64,000 nucleotides of DNA, from assembly GCA_000146465.1 (NCBI GenBank), contig CP001949.1. One strand, 5' to 3'. The notes beneath the pieces were generated by a model. The model worked only from the letters and a program-made list of their open reading frames with translations, did not search any database and had not been told where the DNA came from. The position numbers and the translations under genes are program-made. Numbering within the stretch: position 1 is the stretch's first letter; each line of letters begins with the position of its first letter. This document shows, piece after piece, positions 49,374-59,500 of the stretch.

Positions 49374-50117
49374 CTAAATATCTTTTTCTACCAGACTTGT
49401 CTTCAAAATCCTCATGTAAAACACAATCCCTTCTCTTCCTATCTCCTCCGGATGAGGAGTAACCTCATATTTATCTATGGAAATTCTCTTCTTAAACATA
49501 GGACAGTCAAGTATTATGCTTTCGTATTCTCCTCCTTCTCCACAGAAGTTCACTTCCAGACCCTGGACCGCCTCCAGACGGTCATAAATTTCATCAAGTC
49601 CCATGTTTATACATTCTCTTCCTAAGAGAGACGATGCAACCTTCACTATTCTTCCCTCCATCCCATTAGATATCATCTCCCCAAGTAGCTTCTTCTGATC
49701 CATTTCCCAGAGAGGAGACAGACACCTAAGAGACAACCTTTTACACACATCCTCAACTCTGTTCTTTTGGTATTTGGACAAAATAGCCCCAGAAGATACG
49801 CCTTCGAAGTATATCTTTTCTTTTGCCGAGGCAATGGCTTCATAAAGATCTTCAACTTCATCACCTTCTTCCTTTTTATATTGAAGATTCTGATTTATAC
49901 TCTTGCATTTCGTCTCGTAAATAAAAATAGGAATCCCGAGACATTCTCCAAGCAGATCGGCCACCTCGGATCCAACAGTTTGGTACATAAAAGAATCTTG
50001 ATATCCATCTCCGCATCTCATGTGAAGCAGGCCTACAACCTGATGCCCTTCGCGCTGAAGAACATGCATAGCATATAGACTGTCCTTCCCCCCACTGGCC
50101 AGTGCAAGGTATTTCAT
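49374..50117 (-). CDS. DPH6: Diphthine-ammonia ligase DPH6 (ATP-binding PP-loop domain)
   Basis: MKYLALASGGKDSLYAMHVLQREGHQVVGLLHMR matches the DPH6 N-terminus (MKVVALISGGKDSCYNMM...GHQIVALANL). SGGKDS PP-loop. Start moved from the track's GTG to ATG. Confidence 0.75.
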   Translation of the reverse strand: MKYLALASGGKDSLYAMHVLQREGHQVVGLLHMRCGDGYQDSFMYQTVGSEVADLLGECLGIPIFIYETKCKSINQNLQYKKEEGDEVEDLYEAIASAKEKIYFEGVSSGAILSKYQKNRVEDVCKRLSLRCLSPLWEMDQKKLLGEMISNGMEGRIVKVASSLLGRECINMGLDEIYDRLEAVQGLEVNFCGEGGEYESIILDCPMFKKRISIDKYEVTPHPEEIGREGIVFYMRILKTSLVEKDI

Positions 50118-50174
50118 CTTTCGAGGATTAAAAATTTCCCAAGTAAAGAGAAGCAATTCAAGCACAATTACTCT

Positions 50175-51479
50175 CTAATGATCTTTAATTTTTCTGATCA
50201 TTTCTTCAGCCTCCTCAGGCATGTCGATCCCCTTTGAATAGTAAAACAAAGTTTCCTCTTTGTCGGTGGACAATATGGGATCAAACACCTTCCATAAAAG
50301 TTCTACCTCGTCTAAGTTCACACTGTTAAGACTTTTGTTCCTTATAAGACTGTCAAAAATGATTTCATAATCTCGGTATCCCCCGTAACTCTCATGCATC
50401 AAATCGTTGATTCTTTTTTTATCATGCAGAACATGCTTGACGGAATCTCCTCCAACAAGAACCTCGAGAAACACCTCGCACTCTGGATAGATGTTGAACA
50501 CCAGCCTTACCACATCTATCTCGTTGATATGAACAGTTTTGTTAGAAAGCTTCTTTTCCTCGCAGAAAAGCTCAATGCATTTTGAAAATACATCTCTTTT
50601 AAACTCAATAGATATCTCAGTTCTCTTTTCATTCATCCCTTTTCCTGCGACAATGATAAAGGGAACTTTAGACCATCGAGGAGTGTTTACATTGATAGGA
50701 ACTATACAGAATGTCTCAGTGCTCGAATCCTTGTGGATCTCCTTGCTATAGTCATCGTATTGGCCATAAATACACTTCTCCGCATCAATAGTACATGCAT
50801 CAAAGATCTTGGCCCTTTCTAACGCTTCCATAGTCCTCGATGGTTCTGTAACGTCCGATGCAACAACCCCAAGAAGTTCGGCCATGTGGTTCTGAACTAT
50901 ATCCTTTACGATTCCGTTTTTGTCAAAGTAATTCCTTCCCTCCCCTCCAAGAACCTCCTTGGAAATTATCTCAACACTTTTGACATGCCTATTATTCATC
51001 GTCTCCTTCATAGCACTTGACCCCCTTATAATTCCTGGCATTGCTATGACCAATGGTTTCAGAAGATAGTGGTCGATAAACTGAACCTTGCTTAGGTCAA
51101 ACTTTTTCATCTGTGCAAAAGACTCGATGCTCTCTCCATATGGCTTTTCGATACATATTACCTTGTACTTAAGCTTCGAAGCCTCCTTAAGTATACTGGT
51201 GTACACAGAAGGTGGCACAGAAAAGTAAAGCACTGTTTCTGGGTCGGCTATATCTTTAAGCCTCGAAAGGTCGTCATAGGATCCCCTGACGTATTGAACC
51301 TTCGAAAGGAACTCCGGAGAGTAATTCCCAACCTCTTGAAGAACTTCGGAGTATTCAACATCATACTTGGTTCTTGCATATCCAACAACTTCAACATCCT
51401 TGAGATTTATCCTGGAAAGCGCAGGAAAAAGTTTTCTTTTTGCAAGGTCGCCACTGGATCCAAAGATAACGACCTTCAT
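50175..51479 (-). CDS. ZWF1: Glucose-6-phosphate 1-dehydrogenase
   Basis: MKVVIFGSSGDLAKRKLFPALS (GASGDLAKKKxYPAL NADP site) and IDHYLLKPLV (RIDHYLGKE substrate motif). 434 aa. Confidence 0.9.
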   Translation of the reverse strand: MKVVIFGSSGDLAKRKLFPALSRINLKDVEVVGYARTKYDVEYSEVLQEVGNYSPEFLSKVQYVRGSYDDLSRLKDIADPETVLYFSVPPSVYTSILKEASKLKYKVICIEKPYGESIESFAQMKKFDLSKVQFIDHYLLKPLVIAMPGIIRGSSAMKETMNNRHVKSVEIISKEVLGGEGRNYFDKNGIVKDIVQNHMAELLGVVASDVTEPSRTMEALERAKIFDACTIDAEKCIYGQYDDYSKEIHKDSSTETFCIVPINVNTPRWSKVPFIIVAGKGMNEKRTEISIEFKRDVFSKCIELFCEEKKLSNKTVHINEIDVVRLVFNIYPECEVFLEVLVGGDSVKHVLHDKKRINDLMHESYGGYRDYEIIFDSLIRNKSLNSVNLDEVELLWKVFDPILSTDKEETLFYYSKGIDMPEEAEEMIRKIKDH

Positions 51480-51592
51480 TGGGGCACTCTGTCTTATGCT
51501 TAAATAATATTTTTTGTAATCCCAAAGTAATCAATAAGATTTCTGCAATTGCCTTAAGTCAATTTTCCGTCAATTAGAGAGAAGAAGAGTGA

Positions 51593-52225
51593 CTAATAAA
51601 TAACGCTGGAAGCAGAATCCGTTTCTTTTCTCTTCAGAATCCTAACAAAATCCACCTCGACAATTTTCTTGTCCTTCTTGTGGAAATCATGTCTTCTTGG
51701 AAGTTCATACTTAATCTTTGCCAAAACCTCGGCACTTGGATATCTCGCAACTATATATTCTCTAGTGCTTGTCTTATGGAGGGAATATACAACGTCACAG
51801 AGTTCTAAGGCCTTGTCAACAGCCTTTATGTCGGCATGTTTTATCTTTGTGCCAAATGGAGGATTGATTACTGCTGTGTCAAACTTCTCATTGATGAAGG
51901 TAAGATCGTCTATAGAGCACCTTAAAAGATCTACATTAGCTTTAAACTTAAGATTGTTCTGTTTGAATACCGACAGAGCCAAAGGACATAAGTCAACTCC
52001 AAGGATGTATGATGGTGAGAAGTAGCTGCAAGCAAAAGATAGCATTCCGGTCCCACAGCATAGGTCCAAAATGGACTTTCCCTCAATGTCATCATATGTA
52101 GAGTGGATGATGCTAATCATGGATGCGGCTATGTCTGGTGGCGTCATATATTGCTCTAGTCCAACACTCATTTTGGAAAAATCTTCAACTTTGGAAAGCT
52201 CCATCTTTAATTTCTTGACTTTCAT
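51593..52225 (-). CDS. METTL5-like N6-adenine rRNA methyltransferase
   Basis: LEQYMTPPDIAASM (EQYPTPP), DLCCGTGMLS (SAM motif I), INPPFGTK (motif IV NPPF). Start moved from the track's TTG to ATG (MKVKKLK...). Confidence 0.7.
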   Translation of the reverse strand: MKVKKLKMELSKVEDFSKMSVGLEQYMTPPDIAASMISIIHSTYDDIEGKSILDLCCGTGMLSFACSYFSPSYILGVDLCPLALSVFKQNNLKFKANVDLLRCSIDDLTFINEKFDTAVINPPFGTKIKHADIKAVDKALELCDVVYSLHKTSTREYIVARYPSAEVLAKIKYELPRRHDFHKKDKKIVEVDFVRILKRKETDSASSVIY

Positions 52226-52278
52226 GCAAAGTACAGAACACGGGGCATTCATACAGCGATGGTTTGGCTGTGGCAAAA

Positions 52279-52351
52279 AGCCACCACTGGGATTCGAACC
52301 CAGGACCCTTAGCTTACAAAGCTAAAGCTCTACCTACTGAGCTATAATGGC
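52279..52351 (-). tRNA. tRNA-Thr (anticodon UGU)
   Basis: The minus-strand 73-nt sequence GCCATTATAGCTCAGTAGGTAGAGCTTTAGCTTTGTAAGCTAAGGGTCCTGGGTTCGAATCCCAGTGGTGGCT folds as a cloverleaf. Acceptor stem 7 bp (two G-U pairs), D stem GCTC/GAGC, anticodon stem TTAGC/GCTAA with loop TTTGTAA (U33, anticodon TGT, A37), T stem CTGGG/CCCAG with T loop TTCGAAT. No encoded CCA. Confidence 0.85.
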
Positions 52352-52450
52352 TCGCTCTCTAAGGAAAATACACACATCCTGGGTAGAGATGCTCCATTAA
52401 AAGAAGCTGCATCATCAAGTGCAAGCTTTAAAAAGGATTCAACAAAAATT

Positions 52451-53140
52451 TTACTCTTTGTTAAAGTCGTTGACATCATAGGACCCCACCTTGGTCCATC
52501 CTTCCTCATTCATGTAGTAAAGGTTGATGAATCCTCCAGAAAAGGCGTCTCGATGGGCTGCATGGAAAATAGCCTCCTTTCCCAAGTTCAAGGCTTCTTC
52601 CTTACTCATGTCGAACCTATAGCATGAAGAAAGAATTCCATAAGCTATTGTGGATCCGCTTCCTACAGAGAACAAGTTGCCCTTAATTCTTTTTCCAGCG
52701 TCGTCAACATAAAAAATACATGGCTCACTTCCGTCATATCCACAGAGCATAGTCCCCATCGAGAGACCATACCCCTTGTATTTGTATACACAGTTGCTTA
52801 GGTACATGCTTGCTGCAGACACTGTTATTCTTCTTCCGTTTGTGAGCTCATAGTTCTTTGCATACAGACCCACAAGCTTTTCCCAGTAAAAGCAGTCTGC
52901 TGCTCCTCCAGCCATCGTTCCAAGCAAGTTCTTGTTTATCTCAATTACCTTCTTTACGGTCTGAGAAGCTATATATGGCCCAGATGTTGCCCTCGAGTCC
53001 ACCGCAATGACCATTCCCTCTTTAAACACAAAGGCAAGAGTCGTTGTTCCATAGTACGGCTTTATAAAAGACTTGATTAGCTGCTGATCAATGCAGGTGG
53101 TATCAATTCTTCTGATGTCTCTCTTCAATGTTTCTTCCAT
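52451..53140 (-). CDS. 20S proteasome beta-type subunit (beta5/PRE2-like, with propeptide)
   Basis: The mature N-terminus [24 protein letters not shown] carries the catalytic Thr1 signature. Start moved from the track's TTG to ATG (MEETLKRD...). Confidence 0.8.
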   Translation of the reverse strand: MEETLKRDIRRIDTTCIDQQLIKSFIKPYYGTTTLAFVFKEGMVIAVDSRATSGPYIASQTVKKVIEINKNLLGTMAGGAADCFYWEKLVGLYAKNYELTNGRRITVSAASMYLSNCVYKYKGYGLSMGTMLCGYDGSEPCIFYVDDAGKRIKGNLFSVGSGSTIAYGILSSCYRFDMSKEEALNLGKEAIFHAAHRDAFSGGFINLYYMNEEGWTKVGSYDVNDFNKE

Positions 53141-53155
53141 CCAAGGGGTTTCAAA

Positions 53156-55549
53156 ATGCGAGAAGGAGATAGTATGGTCAATTATAAAGAAAGCCCCGAG
53201 AGAATGGAGGATTTGAAAGAAAAGATCTTTCAATTTGGAATATATGGAGCAAAGCTGGAAAAACTGAGTAAAGACGAAGTAGAAATCGCTATTGGAGAAC
53301 CGTGGGTGGAAATACTAAAAGTCGAAACAATAGAAAATCTGAAAAGAAACTTCATCACCGATTGCTTGAGAACAGAAACGAATGGATATATGGTAGATAA
53401 CTTCCACTGGGACAAGCTGTATGTAAGAATGGGGACACTTGCCTGGAAGGATTATCTAACTGCTGGGACATTTAATTTCACATCGAAAGAGTACTTTCTA
53501 ATAATGAGTCTTCTTATAGAGACCAAGAAGTATGTGGACAATGTGGAGCTCAGGAAGTTGCGGCTTGATCCCAAGAAAACCCACTACTGCATTAAAAGGC
53601 TTGTGAGAAAAGGATTTATAGAATACAGAACATCCGAAGAAACAGAGAAAAAAAACTTTATATACAAAATTAAGGCAATTCTGGATGAAAGAGGATTTAT
53701 AACGCGGAAAGTAGCACAACCATTAACAGACTCGGGGCGGATTGATGTGGTTGGAAGAAGACGCCTGTTTGAATACCGAATCGAAATTGGACTATACGAC
53801 AACGTTCGGGAAATGATCTTGAGCTCTGAGGGAGGAATAATTACAAAGGACTTAAAAGACAAGCTTGGAGTTAGCTCAAAAATAGGATACAAGCTTCTCA
53901 ATAAGATCTACAACGAAGAAAAGGGGATTTTCAAAAGGATTGAGGAATTCCAGGGCCGTATTAGGAGATACAGATACCATGCGGCTTGCAAAGAGCTTTC
54001 CTACCAAGTCCCTGAGGAAGCCGGAACTGTAGAATATATAACCTCGGAAGAAAGAGTAAGAGCTATCAAAAAGCTTATGTCCATGAGTTCTGTTCTTCAG
54101 CTTGATAAGCAGACCTATGAAAAACTTCAGGAGATAACAGGATGGAAATACGAGTTCGACAGAAGAACCATAATCAGATCGGCTATACTTGCAGGGTTTA
54201 AGATATACAAGCAAAAGAAGGGAAGGGAAGGAAAGTGCAGCAGATATATGATAATAAGAAACGAGGTCTCTGAATCGGATATTGAGGCCTTGGATGTGCC
54301 AAGCAATGTCATCCAAGAAGACATGTCCGAATTCCAAAGAAAGATATACAACATCTTTGTTAATTCACCAAAGCTTGTGGAGATGGACAACGGATACATT
54401 CCTCAGAGGGAGGAAAGACTACAGCTGTTCTATAGGTTTCTTGTGGAATATATGGCCTTCCAAGGAGTAAAATCGCTAAGATTTGACTGGGAGGTGGTAA
54501 AAGAAATGGAATTTAGCCTTTTGCTATCGATAGTTCCCTTCGGCAGAATTGGATTCCGAGAGTCTCTCTGCCAATTCATAGACTCAGGAGAGACAGATAG
54601 TAATGCGTTCAGAGCAAAAGAATGCATTTTATCTGGAAAGGCAGAACCTTCAAACATCACTTCTCTTGCCGGAAAGAGGGTCTCCGATGTTGTTGATATG
54701 AAGCTACCCCAGAGCATAAGAAAGCTTATCAGATTAAAAATAGGAGTAGGAAACTTTGTATCCTTACTCAAGCAGATGAAAGACCTCCAAGTTCTCGACA
54801 TTGAGATATCAAGCAAGAAGATAATGATAAAAGAAAACTCCATGGATCTCTCTTCGGGGATAAGGGCTTTTGAGAGGGTAAAGAGATCCAAGAGCAGTGG
54901 AAAGTATGTTTCCCTGGAAAAGAGGCTTGAATTCTACAAAAAGATACGCAATGTCGAGGAGAAGAGATTCTATGACGAGGCATACAGAACCATCTACACG
55001 GAATTCAAGGGCGATGAGTTTGAGGCTATGTTTGATAGATTGAAAATGTTCGGAGATGAAGGGATAGATGATATAAAGCAAACCTCGTTGGAAAGACTGT
55101 ATATAGAATTCAAGAAAAACATAATCGAACTAGGATGGATAGGAGCACTAGATTTCAATTCATACTCCGTTTCGGAAGCCAAAAAAGTACTAAAAGCACT
55201 TTCTCGAGACAAGATAATAGCAAACTATAAGGGCATAAAGAAAGTGGAGTTTGTCACGCCGCACGAGAGCTTTCTCCGGGTAATTAACAAGAAGTACGAT
55301 GTGTTCAAGTTCAAAGGATATAATCAGTACAAAGGAACGGGGTACTTCTCGCATTACTTTGATCTAGTCTATTACACCTTAGCAACATCTGGATCCTTGG
55401 AAGTTACCGAATTAATTTCTCGTGTCAGATTCATAGCTGATTTCGAGATGGAAATGTTTCTTTCTGAGTATAAAAAAGTTTTTAAGGTCTCTAATGTCAA
55501 TAATACCAGAATTATCTCTCTCGGCATATTCATGGATCCGTTTGAATAG
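53156..55549 (+). CDS. Large hypothetical protein (797 aa), possibly winged-helix DNA-binding / transcription-factor subunit
   Basis: ATG 15 bp from the divergent proteasome gene. Repeated short helical modules. I could not assign a family. Confidence 0.45.
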   Translation: MREGDSMVNYKESPERMEDLKEKIFQFGIYGAKLEKLSKDEVEIAIGEPWVEILKVETIENLKRNFITDCLRTETNGYMVDNFHWDKLYVRMGTLAWKDYLTAGTFNFTSKEYFLIMSLLIETKKYVDNVELRKLRLDPKKTHYCIKRLVRKGFIEYRTSEETEKKNFIYKIKAILDERGFITRKVAQPLTDSGRIDVVGRRRLFEYRIEIGLYDNVREMILSSEGGIITKDLKDKLGVSSKIGYKLLNKIYNEEKGIFKRIEEFQGRIRRYRYHAACKELSYQVPEEAGTVEYITSEERVRAIKKLMSMSSVLQLDKQTYEKLQEITGWKYEFDRRTIIRSAILAGFKIYKQKKGREGKCSRYMIIRNEVSESDIEALDVPSNVIQEDMSEFQRKIYNIFVNSPKLVEMDNGYIPQREERLQLFYRFLVEYMAFQGVKSLRFDWEVVKEMEFSLLLSIVPFGRIGFRESLCQFIDSGETDSNAFRAKECILSGKAEPSNITSLAGKRVSDVVDMKLPQSIRKLIRLKIGVGNFVSLLKQMKDLQVLDIEISSKKIMIKENSMDLSSGIRAFERVKRSKSSGKYVSLEKRLEFYKKIRNVEEKRFYDEAYRTIYTEFKGDEFEAMFDRLKMFGDEGIDDIKQTSLERLYIEFKKNIIELGWIGALDFNSYSVSEAKKVLKALSRDKIIANYKGIKKVEFVTPHESFLRVINKKYDVFKFKGYNQYKGTGYFSHYFDLVYYTLATSGSLEVTELISRVRFIADFEMEMFLSEYKKVFKVSNVNNTRIISLGIFMDPFE

Positions 55550-55719
55550 AGTTAGTTCTTTTCTTTTTCAAGTCTAAGAAGTTAAGATTCCGATAAAATA
55601 AAAAAGTACACCATGTTTTACCACCTTTATTTGTAACTTTTGTTTTTTGTTTCCTTGTCACGTTTACTTATCATATAGACTGGATTTTCTATAAAATAAA
55701 TTTTTCCCTTTATCTTTTT

Positions 55720-55944
55720 TCAGTCCTCGTTTCCTTCGCCAGAGCCTCCACCTCCTTCCTTTATCATCTCATCCTTCAGCTGGTTAGCTCCTTGAACAAC
55801 TTGTTCAGCTTTTTCACTCACAGCTTGATTAAAAAGAGGCCGAAGTAAATTTCTAGTAGGATCCCCTCCTCCAGAAGCACTAATCTTCCCAAGCATGCGT
55901 ATGGAAACCAAAAACGAGCTCAATCCTATTTTTCCAAGCTTCAT
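55720..55944 (-). CDS. Small hypothetical protein (74 aa), Gly-rich C-terminus
   Basis: The only ATG ORF in a roughly 500-bp AT-rich spacer upstream of midasin. Weak. Confidence 0.2.
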   Translation of the reverse strand: MKLGKIGLSSFLVSIRMLGKISASGGGDPTRNLLRPLFNQAVSEKAEQVVQGANQLKDEMIKEGGGGSGEGNED

Positions 55945-56090
55945 GTTACTCTAGAGATTTTGATCTTATATACTTTTTCGTCTCCTTTTTCCTCCTTTCT
56001 CCTTGGTTTTATTGGAGTGGATTTGGATTGTAAAGGAGAGCTGCTTTCGAAGGATTGAAGAAGGAAAGAACAGGAGGTGGAGTTCAAAAC

Positions 56091-56495
56091 ATGATGTTTT
56101 TAACGATATTTGTATTTTGGATAATAGTCGGTAGCTCGAACGCTGACGAGGAGCTGAAGGAGTTTATAAAAAAGTCTATAAAAGAAGAAGTTACGAAGGA
56201 GATGTATGAAATTGTGGAAAAGACCACAAAAGATATGAAGGAAGATATGGAAAAGAAGATTGACGAATTTATGTCAGAAAAAATCCCGGAGCACGAGGAA
56301 AAGGTTGTGTTAGAGGAGGAAAAGGTTGTATTAGAGGAGGGGCAGGATTTGGAAGAGGAAGAAGAGTCTTCTGCAATGACTATTTTGAAGAAGGCTGGGG
56401 AAGCCCTTGCCATTGTAGTTATATGCATATTGATTGTGTTTTTGGTCTCAAAGATTTTGGAATACTACCGAAGGTTAAAGGACTGCTCTGAATGA
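56091..56495 (+). CDS. Type-I membrane protein, Glu/Lys-rich ectodomain (134 aa)
   Basis: Signal peptide MMFLTIFVFWIIVGSSNA, acidic coiled region with a duplicated HEEKVVLEEEKVVLEE, and a C-terminal TM helix ALAIVVICILIVFLV. Confidence 0.45.
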   Translation: MMFLTIFVFWIIVGSSNADEELKEFIKKSIKEEVTKEMYEIVEKTTKDMKEDMEKKIDEFMSEKIPEHEEKVVLEEEKVVLEEGQDLEEEEESSAMTILKKAGEALAIVVICILIVFLVSKILEYYRRLKDCSE

Positions 56496-56585
56496 CAGTT
56501 GCGGAAGCCAAAACTATATCAACCTCAATAAATAAAGACTCTAAAATTTTGTCTGTTATGATTTTGGATTTTATCTAGGGGTGAG

Positions 56586-59500
56586 ATGAAACATAAGAAG
56601 CAAAAAACGGGCGAGGCCAGAGTTGGATCGTTAGAGAAGTTTGAAAGACTAGCCCGAGAAGCTGTAGATCTCAAGGTTCCGGTTGGAGTGTATGGGGAGG
56701 TTGGAAGATCCTCATTGGTAAGTAGGCTTCATTCAGGGATTTATAGCAAAGGTGGACGGTTGGTTGAGATTGATTCTCGAGAAATAACTGATGCAAGAAC
56801 ATTAGGAGGTTTCTATGCAGTCAAGGAAGGAGATGTTGAGTACATGAAGGGATTACTGATTGAGTCTATGGAGAGAGGAGATTGGGTTTTGTTCAAAAGA
56901 ATTGATAAGAACCATGGGCTGATGCAATATCTTTTTACGGTAGTAAAGTACAGAAGGCTGCTGGGAAACGATGGGAGGGAGGTTCTTGCACATGAAGATT
57001 TTAGGATATTCTTTACTTCCAATGATATATTGGATATGGATGACATTGTGTTTGTAGGGCCACTTGGGTTTATGTTTGAAGAAGCAATGATGATGTTTGA
57101 GATAGCATGTGTTAGACAGCTTCTTATGAAAGTTTTCGAAGTTATTTCTACTCACTGGAAGGGGTGTTCGAAGGAGAAAGGAGAGGAATGCCAGAGAAGT
57201 TGCCTTAAAATTGCATGCAAGAACAACGGATGGTGTTTGTTTAAGGAATCCACAGTTTGTGGAGCCCATTTCCGATCTCTCCAGAGAATTAAGAAGAGAC
57301 TTGAAGGCAGTAACGGAACTAAAACAGAGGAGCGAGTAAAGGTATATCAATCAGTATGCAATGTATTGCTTAGACACGATTCGGATTCTTTAAGATATCT
57401 TCTTGCATTGACTGATATTCCAGATATTTCACTTCATGGATTAGACTTTGCTAAAACTAGTTCTGTTGAATGGGGCATCTTCAATCTTCTATGGAACATT
57501 AAAAACAGAGACCACACCTTATTAATTGGAGATACAGGGGTGGGAAAGACCTCAATGATTCAGTATCTCAGCTCGAAGTCCCATTTCTTCTTGGGAGTAG
57601 CGACCAAGTTAAGGGTTGTAAACATGTCGGCAGACTTTGATGGAACGGATTTAATTGGAGGATATGGGACTCTAGACATCAACAAGGCTATAGAGAGGAT
57701 ATGTAATCAGGAACGGCTAAGCACACCAGTCTGTTATGGAAACAAAGAGAAGCTCGAATATCTGAGGGAGAAGCTTTCTCTTCGAAAAGAAGATGGGTTA
57801 AAACATGAAGGGGCTATCAAAAAGATTGATGATCTTCTCAAACTACTAGAAAAAAAGGTGCATTTTGTCTATAAAAAGGGAATTCTTACAGAATGTATGG
57901 AAAACGGAGAATGGCTGCTTCTTGATGAAATCAACCTTTCCTCTGAAGAGACACTTGACCTGATAGACGGGGTCTTGGGTAAGAAGGAAATACTCCTCTA
58001 CGAAAGTGGAGACTTGAGGCCACTTGAAATTCATCCGGGATTTATGCTATTTGGATGTATGAATCCTGGGGGAGATTTTGGAAAGAAGAAGTATGAGGGG
58101 GTTGAATTTAATAGCGTGCATATTCATGATTTCAGTACTTCGTTGAAGGATATTAATCTTGTGATTCATTCTGTGCTTAAGTATGAGATCTCCGAAGAAA
58201 GAAAGAGCAAGATAGGGGAATTCTTTTTGGAATTGAAGAACAAGGTTAGAAAGGGAGAGCTTGGGAATATAGTTGAGCCCTTGATAAGCGGAAGAAGCCT
58301 TGTTCGAGTTTTAAACTTTATCAGAAGAAGAGCAGAGAAGGGGTTTGAGCAGTCTGTATGGGAGGGATTTGATTTGTTTGTGTTCACACAGCTGGACTTT
58401 GTTAGCCGTTCTATTGCAATTTCTCTCCTGTCGAAGTACTTTGCAACCCAATCCTTGAGTGTTGAAAGGACAAAAGTTAAAGATGGATTTGTTCTAACAC
58501 ACAGGATTCAAACATATCTGAGAATAATGGAGCTAGGGGTTCTATCTAACTGCCCATTGCTTCTACAGGGGGATACATCTACAGGGAAGACAAGCATGGT
58601 TTTGTTTCTATCCAAGGAGATGAATAAGCGTGTTATCAGGATAAACAACCACGAACATACGGAGGCTTCTGATTACATTGGTAGCTTTACTTGCACCAGC
58701 AGAGGAGTTGAATTTCAAGAAGGAGTTCTTGTGACAGCAATGAGAAGAGGATATTGGGTTATTCTTGACGAACTAAATCTTGCATCTAGTGATGTACTTG
58801 AGGTGTTGAACAGACTTTTAGATGACAATAAGCAGATATACATTCCTGAAATAGATGAGGTTGTTGTTCCTCATGAAAACTTCCGAGTGTTCGCTACGCA
58901 GAACATAGGGTATGGAGGTAGAAAAGGATTGAGCAAAGCATTTAGAAATCGGTTTGTTGAAATGTTTTTCAATGAAGGAGGGGAAGAAGAGATACTAGAG
59001 ATTCTTCATGGAGGATCGGGGCTTCCTAAGAGCTTCTGTAAGAAGATGGTTGAAGTTTATAGTGGACTTAGATCGAAAAGAAGTGTTAATGCTCTAGTGA
59101 CCCTTCGAGATCTTTTCAAGTGGTCTGGAAGAGTGCCCAGAAGCTTAAGCGAGGTATGTTTTCTAGGAATGAGTATAATATATGAAAGACAAAGAGAAGA
59201 AAAAGACAGAAGATGGGTATTCCAGGTTTTTTCTGAGTCTTTCGGGGAAGTAGAAGTGGAAAGGTATGGAAGGATTATCACAGGAAAAGAAGATAAGGAA
59301 GAGATAGTAATTGGTAAAAAGGGAACCAACTTGAAGGATTTATCCCTAGCAGCCGAAGAACTTTATGGAAAGAAGCTCGTGTTTACCGATACATTCAGGA
59401 AAATGATTAGTCTGACGGTTCTAGCATGGGAAAGTAAAGAACCAATTTTGATTGTTGGAGAGACTGGAATAGGGAAGACAAAAATATGCGATGTGGTCAG

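Noticed and set aside
56813-57350. Minus-strand ORFs of 77 and 165 aa (and other short ORFs up to about 63995) within the midasin region
   Set aside because: They are embedded in a continuously open, motif-rich plus-strand frame (AAA+ P-loops), so they are antisense artefacts.
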